From contig CP060262.1 of NCBI GenBank assembly GCA_022646745.1, positions 1,620,001-1,652,000 of the forward strand: DNA of 32,000 nucleotides. The letters are read 5' to 3'. The first letter of the stretch is position 1; each line of letters opens with the position of its first letter. The stretch is from Planctomycetales bacterium. GTDB lineage: Bacteria; 4484-113; JAFGCY01. The notes under the pieces are model-generated. The model had not been told where the DNA came from, made no database searches, and saw only the letters and a list, made by a program, of their open reading frames with translations. The position numbers were made by a program, and so were the translations under genes. Positions 10,978-17,279 of this stretch are shown in pieces.

Positions 10978-11015
10978 GATGGTCTATTAATAACAGACCA
11001 TCGGTCACTTGTCAA
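10978..11015 (-). promoter_or_regulatory. sigma70-like promoter with an overlapping TetR-type operator
   Basis: On the minus strand: TTGACA (11015-11010), a 17-nt spacer, then TATTAA (10992-10987). The inverted repeat GATGGTCT-N9-AGACCATC (10978-11002) spans the spacer and the -10 box. The site lies between the divergent TetR/SDR operon and the 11068 gene. Confidence 0.55.
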
Positions 11016-11067
11016 GGGAATCTGCCTGAAACTGCTAGAGATTCAGCTGGGCGGCAATAATAGATAT

Positions 11068-11835
11068 GTGTCGGATGAGCTACGGGACAGCAGGCAGGAG
11101 CATCGTCGCCGCAACCTGGCAGGCAATATCCTGGTCGGGACGGCCAGCGTGCTCGTGCTGCTGCTCAGCCTCATCAACTTCATCCTGATGCCCCAGCTTG
11201 ACCGCCGGCTCGAATCCGCCGTGCGCCGCGAGTTCGCCCTTTCCGAGGATGCCGAGGTGCACATCCACCGCGGGATGCTGGCCCGCACACTGCGCGGCTA
11301 CCTGCCACGCTTCACCGTGGAAAGCGAGCGGGCCGTGATCGACGGCATCCCGGTGGAGGACCTGTATTTCGAGGCCCGCGGCATCGACTTCAACATGCGC
11401 GGCATCCTGCGCGGTGAGAAGGCCGAACTAAGCGCCCTGGATTTCGCCTGGCTGTCGATCAAGGTCGCAGAGCAGCATATCCAGGAAAGGCTCGGGCCAA
11501 TGATCGAGGCGGAGGGCCTGCTCGAGCCGCAGCTCAGTATCGAGGCGGACGGCGTCAAGCTCGTTGCCAGGAAGAAGAACAAGCTGCTGGGCAAGGTCAA
11601 GTTCGGGGCCAAGGGGCGCTTCGTGGCCGACGGCTCTCCGAACGTGACATTCGAGCTCGGCGAGCTGGAACTGGGCCCGGTCAACATCGGAGTGAGCGGG
11701 CTCGGGCTGGACTTCGACCGCGCCCTGCCGGTGATCGACATGGGTGGATTCGCCGGGGACATCAATGTTGACACCGTGCACACCAGCCCGGGCTACCTGG
11801 AGATCGGCGCCCATACCGGCACCCCGCCGGACTAG
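11068..11835 (+). CDS. membrane-anchored hypothetical protein (possibly DUF2993/LmeA-like)
   Basis: GTG start, an N-terminal TM helix (ILVGTASVLVLLLSLINFIL) and coding-like codon bias. The family assignment comes from general resemblance only. Confidence 0.65.
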   Translation: MSDELRDSRQEHRRRNLAGNILVGTASVLVLLLSLINFILMPQLDRRLESAVRREFALSEDAEVHIHRGMLARTLRGYLPRFTVESERAVIDGIPVEDLYFEARGIDFNMRGILRGEKAELSALDFAWLSIKVAEQHIQERLGPMIEAEGLLEPQLSIEADGVKLVARKKNKLLGKVKFGAKGRFVADGSPNVTFELGELELGPVNIGVSGLGLDFDRALPVIDMGGFAGDINVDTVHTSPGYLEIGAHTGTPPD

Positions 11836-12017
11836 GATCCTCCCGGCTTGCTGCCCGGCTGGCCATCCCTCCCAACCCTCCCTTACCGCGAATTCACCAA
11901 ACGCTAATCGCGTGTGAAACCGGGCAGGATACAAAGGCAATAGAATTTCTGAACAGGAATTGCCAACCGCTGTGCGGATGGCCGGATTGCGCATCCACCA
12001 GGATAAAAGAGGGATAA

Positions 12018-13757
12018 ATGACACTCAAGACCAGGCTGAACATACTGATCGCCGTGACGCTTGCCGTGGCTGTTGCCGCAACCATCACGGTCCTGCGAAT
12101 GAACCAGGCGAACATGGCCGGGCTGGCCAGCAACGATGAGACCGTGAACCAGGCCGTCTCGAACATCAGCGGGGAGCTCTATCCCTCGCTGCAGGCCTGC
12201 AACACGGCCAAGCTGGCGGTGGTGCAGGTGCAGCAGTGGCTGCAGGACATCTCCAGCACCCGCGGACTGGACGGGCTGGACGACGGCTTCGATGAGGCGG
12301 ACAAGTGGGCCGCCATCTTCCACGAGCAGATTGCCTACCTGCATGAGCACCAGCCGGAGCGCGAGGCGGAGCTGGACGAGATGAACCGGGCATTTGACGA
12401 ATTCTATGCAACCGGCACGCTGATGGCCCAGGCCTATGTGGACCGTGGTCCCTCCGGTGGCAACGCAATGATGGACGAGTTCGACCTCGTGGCCGGCAAC
12501 ATCAATGACATGGCCGAGACGATGGTCGCCGAGATCGAGGGCGAGTTCAAGGATGCAATCGGGGCCGTCACCTCCAACCAGGATGAGATCAGCCTGCGCA
12601 GCCAGGAGATCCTCTGGGCCTCGCTCGGTTCCATCGGCCTGTTGTCAGCCGTGATCGTGATGCTGATCATGACCCTGCTGTCGGTGATCCGCCCGGTTTC
12701 GCAGCTGTCCAGCGCGGCCCAGGCGATGTCCGCCGGTGACTTCACGCAACAAATCAGCCTCAGGCCGCGCGCTGACGAGATCGGCAGCATGACGCGCGCC
12801 TTCCTTGAGATGAAGGACAGCACGGCACAGATGATCCGCCAGGTCAGCGCGGCCGCCGTGGCGGTCTCCGGCAGCTCGCAGGAGCTGCTCTCCGGTGCGG
12901 AGGAATCCAGTCGCAGCATCAGCGAGGTGGAGGTCAGTATCCGCCAGGTTGCCAACGGCACGAATGACACCAACCAGCAGCTCGGGGACGCCCGCCAGAA
13001 CATGCGGGAGGCGGCCACGGCGATCGAGGGTGTCAGCCGTGACATCGAGGGCATCGTGTCCTTCGTGTCCGAGGCCGCCAGCCAGGGTGAGTCCGGCCGC
13101 CGCCAGGCCAGCGAGGCCTCGCGCATCATCAGCGAGGCCGCCGGCAGCGTGCAGGGCACGATGGCGATTGTCAACGCACTTGGTGAGAAGACCAAGCAGA
13201 TCGCCGGTTTCATCACGATCATCACCCGCATCGCCGACCAGACCAACCTGCTGGCGCTCAACGCCGCCATCGAGGCTGCCCGTGCCGGGGATGCCGGACG
13301 AGGCTTCGCCGTGGTGGCCGAGGAGGTGCGCAAGCTGGCGGAGGAATCCAATGAGGCTGCCGGCAGCATCACCAGCCTGGTGACGGGCATCGAATCCGAG
13401 ATGCAGCATGTGCTGGAGGCGATCTCCACCAGTGAGCAGCAGGTCACCGAAGGGGCCGGGGCGGTGGACGAGGCCTCCGGCCGCCTGTCCGAGATTGTCA
13501 ACGGGGTGCAGGTGCTCAGTGAGCGCGTGCAGAGCATCAGTGCCGCGGCGGAGGAAGTCTATGCCACCACCAACGAGGTGGTGCAGGTGATGGAATCCGT
13601 CAGTTCGCTCGCTGTGGACAATGCCGCCGCCAGCGAGCAGGTCAGCCATGCCACCCAGAAGCAGACCGAAAGCATCCGCCAGATTTCGGGCAATGCCGAC
13701 AACCTGGCCGGCCTGGCAGGCAGGTTGCATGAGCTGGTGAACCGCTTCCAGGTCTAG
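12018..13757 (+). CDS. methyl-accepting chemotaxis protein (2 TM helices, periplasmic helical sensor, HAMP, MA domain)
   Basis: The highly conserved signalling hairpin [40 protein letters not shown] is present. A HAMP-like segment follows the second TM helix. The SD agaggga precedes the ATG. Confidence 0.95.
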   Translation: MTLKTRLNILIAVTLAVAVAATITVLRMNQANMAGLASNDETVNQAVSNISGELYPSLQACNTAKLAVVQVQQWLQDISSTRGLDGLDDGFDEADKWAAIFHEQIAYLHEHQPEREAELDEMNRAFDEFYATGTLMAQAYVDRGPSGGNAMMDEFDLVAGNINDMAETMVAEIEGEFKDAIGAVTSNQDEISLRSQEILWASLGSIGLLSAVIVMLIMTLLSVIRPVSQLSSAAQAMSAGDFTQQISLRPRADEIGSMTRAFLEMKDSTAQMIRQVSAAAVAVSGSSQELLSGAEESSRSISEVEVSIRQVANGTNDTNQQLGDARQNMREAATAIEGVSRDIEGIVSFVSEAASQGESGRRQASEASRIISEAAGSVQGTMAIVNALGEKTKQIAGFITIITRIADQTNLLALNAAIEAARAGDAGRGFAVVAEEVRKLAEESNEAAGSITSLVTGIESEMQHVLEAISTSEQQVTEGAGAVDEASGRLSEIVNGVQVLSERVQSISAAAEEVYATTNEVVQVMESVSSLAVDNAAASEQVSHATQKQTESIRQISGNADNLAGLAGRLHELVNRFQV

Positions 13758-13792
13758 CTTCCGACCACTCACTGGAATTTCCCCGGAACCGC

Positions 13793-13827
13793 TTGACAAG
13801 ATACCGACCGGGCGGTATGTTTCTTCC
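13793..13827 (+). promoter_or_regulatory. promoter and palindromic operator of the second TetR gene, with leaderless geometry
   Basis: TTGACA (13793-13798), a 17-nt spacer, TATGTT (13816-13821), then 6 nt to GTG 13828. The near-palindrome ATACCGaccgggCGGTAT (13801-13818) fills the spacer and overlaps the -10 box. Confidence 0.55.
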
Positions 13828-14457
13828 GTGCCACGGAAAACACAGCCGGACGAATCGCGCAGCCAGCAGGAGCGCAGTGCGCAGACGCGTGCGCTGATCA
13901 TCAACACGGCGGCGGAGCTGTTCGAGCAGAAGGGCTACGACGGGGCCTCGCTCAATGCGATCATCGCACAGACCGGGATGACGAAGGGTGCCTTCTACCA
14001 CCACTTCGCCTCCAAGGATGAGCTGGCCCAGGCGGTATTCCGTGACAAGCAGCAGCAGCTGGTGGCAGAAATGCGCGAGGCAGCCGCCGGGCATGACGAT
14101 GCCCTGCAGCAGATCCGCGGCATGCTGCTGGCCCGCGCACGCCTGCTGCAGGAGGAACCCTCGCTGCGCAGTTTCCTGCGCCTGGCCTCGGAAATGACGG
14201 TGCGCTTCGGCCCGGGATCGGAGTTCGCCGCATCGTATGAGGTCCCGGTGGCGGCCTTCGCGGAACTGATCAGCCGCGGGCAGCAGCAGGGCGTTGTCAA
14301 TCCGCAGCTTGACCCGCAGCAGGCCGGGGCAGCCCTGTTCGCCGCACTGCTCGGTGCGGATGAGATGTCACGCGTGATCAGTAGTGGTGCCGACCTAGAG
14401 GAGCGCACCGCCGGCTGGCTCGATGTGATGATCCGGGGGCTGGCAGCACAACGCTGA
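13828..14457 (+). CDS. TetR/AcrR family transcriptional regulator
   Basis: TetR HTH: RALIINTAAELFEQKGYDGASLNAIIAQTGMTKGAFYHHFASKDEL. GTG start. Confidence 0.9.
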   Translation: MPRKTQPDESRSQQERSAQTRALIINTAAELFEQKGYDGASLNAIIAQTGMTKGAFYHHFASKDELAQAVFRDKQQQLVAEMREAAAGHDDALQQIRGMLLARARLLQEEPSLRSFLRLASEMTVRFGPGSEFAASYEVPVAAFAELISRGQQQGVVNPQLDPQQAGAALFAALLGADEMSRVISSGADLEERTAGWLDVMIRGLAAQR

Positions 14458-14573
14458 CAACACAAGCCGGGCACCTGATGCCGGCACGATTCCGACATTC
14501 AACCTGGGCCCAGGCCCCAACCGCGTGCGCCTGCACGCCGGCACTGTTCATTCAAACAACTAAGGAGACAACG

Positions 14574-15533
14574 ATGTTCATCAATGGGATTGCGGCCGCA
14601 CAGCCGGCCGTGCAGATGCAGGAGACGGAAAGCTACAGCGAGCTGGAGCGCCAGCTGCTGGAGCACTACGGCGTCGAGGCCGAATCAGTGTTCGTCGAGA
14701 TTGCCAACCCGGCCCTGCGGGTCCACCTGCTGCTCGCTGGCGATGGCGAGCCGGTGCTGTTCCTGCATGGCGGGGACGGGGAGGCGGCGGACTGGGCCCC
14801 GCTGATGGCCGAGCTGCAGGATGATGTGCAGCTTATCGGCATCGACCGTCCCGGCTTCGGCCTGACGGACCAGTTCGACTACTCCAGCGTGGAACTGCGC
14901 CGGCATGCCGGAGACTTCGTCTGCTCGCTCCTGGATGCGCTCGGCCTTGAGCATGCCACCCTGATGGCCGGCTCAATGGGTGGCTTCTTCGCGCTGGCGA
15001 CGGCGCTTGACCATCCGCAGCGCGTTGACAGGCTGGTGCTCGTCGGCATGCCGGTCGGCCTGTTCAGCGAGTGCGGCCCGGAGCTTGCCGAACTGTGCGG
15101 TACACCCGGCGCGCCGGAGGCCTTCATGGCCGGGATTGCCAGCATGGAGGGGCTGCGCGCCCAGTACCGCGGCATGTTCTCCATCGACCCGGACAGCCTG
15201 CCGGAGCTGTATTTCCGCCTGCGGCTCGCCGCCCTGCAGCTGCCAGGCACCCAGGCTGCATGGGCCACCCTGCTGACCCGCATCGCCGACCTGACCGGCT
15301 TCCGCCCGGAGCTCTACCTCGGTGCGGAGTTGCCCAGCCTCAGGCAGCCGGTGCTGCTGGTCTGGGGCGAGCATGACATGGCCCCTGCCGAAGTTGCCCG
15401 GCAGGCCGTGCAGGCCATCCCGGACTGCCGCTTTGAACTGCTGGAGGGCAGCGGACACCTGCCTTTCCTCACCGATCCGGACCGTACGGCGGAACTGGTG
15501 CGTGAATTCCTGCTGGAGCATCCGCTCAGCTGA
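14574..15533 (+). CDS. alpha/beta-fold hydrolase
   Basis: Start moved to ATG 14574, which has the SD aaggag 7 nt upstream. HGG oxyanion motif (VLFLHGG), nucleophile elbow GSMGG and a C-terminal GSGHLPF His motif. It probably forms an operon with the upstream TetR gene. Confidence 0.9.
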   Translation: MFINGIAAAQPAVQMQETESYSELERQLLEHYGVEAESVFVEIANPALRVHLLLAGDGEPVLFLHGGDGEAADWAPLMAELQDDVQLIGIDRPGFGLTDQFDYSSVELRRHAGDFVCSLLDALGLEHATLMAGSMGGFFALATALDHPQRVDRLVLVGMPVGLFSECGPELAELCGTPGAPEAFMAGIASMEGLRAQYRGMFSIDPDSLPELYFRLRLAALQLPGTQAAWATLLTRIADLTGFRPELYLGAELPSLRQPVLLVWGEHDMAPAEVARQAVQAIPDCRFELLEGSGHLPFLTDPDRTAELVREFLLEHPLS

Positions 15534-15711
15534 TCCTCCCATGCCCGGTCCCGGGAATGCCCCGGGGCCGGACTGTGTGGCCCTGCTTCCTGAGTCACAC
15601 CATGTCACCAAGTCCGCTGGCAAATGCGCTGCTGCAGTTGGCATGGAGAAGTATCCTTCTCCTGCCGCTGCTGCAGCTATGACGTCATTCAATCATTTCA
15701 TCTATCTGTCG

Positions 15712-15735
15712 CCCGGCTGGCTTCGGCCAGCCGGG
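15712..15735 (+). other. strong GC hairpin with a TTCG tetraloop in the 288-bp spacer
   Basis: cccggctggc-ttcg-gccagccggg forms a 10-bp perfect stem. No T-tract follows, so its role as a terminator is uncertain. Confidence 0.5.
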
Positions 15736-15787
15736 TGGGCAGGGGTGGCAGGAACGGGGCCAGCCGGCCAAACGCCTGTATTTCTGT

Positions 15788-15821
15788 TTGAATTGCCGGC
15801 TTTGCGGAATATAATTCCGTA
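15788..15821 (+). promoter_or_regulatory. near-consensus sigma70-like promoter abutting the start codon of the XRE/TPR regulator
   Basis: TTGAAT (15788-15793), a 16-nt spacer, TATAAT (15810-15815), then 6 nt (tccgta) to GTG 15822. No SD is present. Confidence 0.55.
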
Positions 15822-17126
15822 GTGGCAGATCAGTCACGGATAGTCCGGTTGAACAACCGCCGCCTGCGCGAGCGGATAAGTGAGCTCGGCCTCAAGCAGT
15901 GGGCCGTCGCGCGCCAGACCGGTGTCGCCCGCCGCACCGTGATCCGCTGGATCAACGGCGAGGTCAGCCGCATCACCACCGACAACCTGCAGAGCCTGGC
16001 CAAGGTGGTCAGCCTCAGCCCGGCTGAGCTGTCCAGTGAACTGTCCCTTGACCAGGCCGCCAGCACTGAGGAGCAGCAGCTTGCGGCCAACTCACTGCTG
16101 AGCCAGAAGATGGGCGAGATGTTCCTGCGCTCGGAAAGCTACGAAGCCTACGAGCAGATGCTCAGCGCCCTGCGCCACCCGGGCATGTCCATGGAGAAGC
16201 TGGCCAGCATCTACCTGCACATGATGGCTGCCGCCGCGATGCAGCATGAATTCGGGCGGGCGCGCGAGCATGGGCGCCAGACCATCGCCTGTGCCGAACG
16301 CTGCAACAACCGGGACATGGAATTCACGGCGCGCATAAACCTTTCAATCATCAATTCCGAGACCGGCCAGGTGGCCCAGATGCATGACGAGCTGGAGACA
16401 CTGCTCGCCATGATGGAAAGCCAGGACGTGCGCAAGCCATATGGCGCGGTCTGCATCAACATCGCCCGGGCCTGCCGGCTGATGAGCGAGCCGGCCCGCG
16501 CCACGCATTTCGCGATCGAGGCCGTCAAGGCCTACTACGGCCGCAAGGATGTGATGAGCTTCACCGAAGCGATGGTGCTGGCGGCGATCATCTGCATGGA
16601 CCTCTCCGCCCCGCAGGTGGCCCTCGCATATCTCACTGCCGCGCGAAGCGTGGCGGAAAAGCACGACCTGGCGGTCTGGCTCCCGGCCATCACCCTGCGT
16701 GAAATGGAGGCCGGCAGCCAGCTCGGCGAGAAATACCCCGTGGACAAGGTGCTGGCAACGCTGGAGCAGTATGACAAGGTGGTCTACGTGCCGATTGACT
16801 GCTACCACGCTGCGGTGCGCACACTCTGTGCCTCGGACGAGGCATCACAGGCGGTGCAGGTGCTCAACCGCGGGCTGGAGCGCCCCTGGCTGCGGCCGCA
16901 GGAGGCGGCGATGCTGCACCTTGAGCTGGCAATCATCCGCCACCGCGCCGGCAATGTCGAGCTGTTCGCCCAGCCGGCCCGCAAGGCGGCGGCCCTGTTC
17001 GAGGAATGCGGCATGCATACCCGTGCTGACAGCGCCCTGCGTTTCGCTGAGACCGGGGAGGAGCCGCGTTCTCGCACGAACGATGGCCTCGTGGCCATGC
17101 TGCGCGAGTCCATGCCGGAAGTCTAG
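15822..17126 (+). CDS. XRE-family HTH regulator with a long all-alpha TPR-like C-terminal domain
   Basis: N-terminal Cro/C1-type HTH (LRERISELGLKQWAVARQTGVARRTVIRWINGE). The remaining ~350 aa are helical-repeat-like. The start is GTG 15822 or, alternatively, TTG 15849. Confidence 0.85.
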   Translation: MADQSRIVRLNNRRLRERISELGLKQWAVARQTGVARRTVIRWINGEVSRITTDNLQSLAKVVSLSPAELSSELSLDQAASTEEQQLAANSLLSQKMGEMFLRSESYEAYEQMLSALRHPGMSMEKLASIYLHMMAAAAMQHEFGRAREHGRQTIACAERCNNRDMEFTARINLSIINSETGQVAQMHDELETLLAMMESQDVRKPYGAVCINIARACRLMSEPARATHFAIEAVKAYYGRKDVMSFTEAMVLAAIICMDLSAPQVALAYLTAARSVAEKHDLAVWLPAITLREMEAGSQLGEKYPVDKVLATLEQYDKVVYVPIDCYHAAVRTLCASDEASQAVQVLNRGLERPWLRPQEAAMLHLELAIIRHRAGNVELFAQPARKAAALFEECGMHTRADSALRFAETGEEPRSRTNDGLVAMLRESMPEV

Positions 17127-17279
17127 GGCCTGACCGCATCCTGCCTGTCACTGACCGCGCCATCGACAGGGACATCCCATGGAATTCCGGAACTGAACTG
17201 CATTACAGGTGTCCCTGTACACGGCGGGCCGAAAGGTGTTACTTTTTCACTGCAAGTCAATTGCAGGGAGGAAACGCAC

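Noticed and set aside
12434-13907. Long antisense ORFs opposite the chemoreceptor gene (12434..13537 and 12645..13907 on the minus strand). Similar ORFs lie opposite other genes: 10043..10990 +, 20480..21628 +, 21799..22839 -, 27392..28168 -, 28724..29650 +, 2304..3050 - and 5307..5894 -.
   Set aside because: They are typical GC-rich shadow ORFs. Their products are low-complexity and rich in Arg, Ala, Pro and Gly, with no recognisable motifs. Each fully overlaps a gene with strong family signatures on the other strand.
15643-15822. A 59-codon ORF (MEKYPSPAAAAAMTSF...) whose TAG overlaps the GTG of the XRE/TPR regulator (TAGTG), which suggests translational coupling.
   Set aside because: It has no SD. 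Its third-position GC (about half) is clearly lower than in real genes here. It runs straight through the -35 and -10 boxes and the TTCG hairpin. Most likely it is non-coding.
17127-17279. A signalling-peptide ORF downstream of the XRE/TPR regulator, as in PlcR/PapR or NprR/NprX loci.
   Set aside because: The only ORF is a 5-codon ATG GAA TTC CGG AAC TGA, with no SD and no signal sequence. That is not credible evidence for a propeptide.
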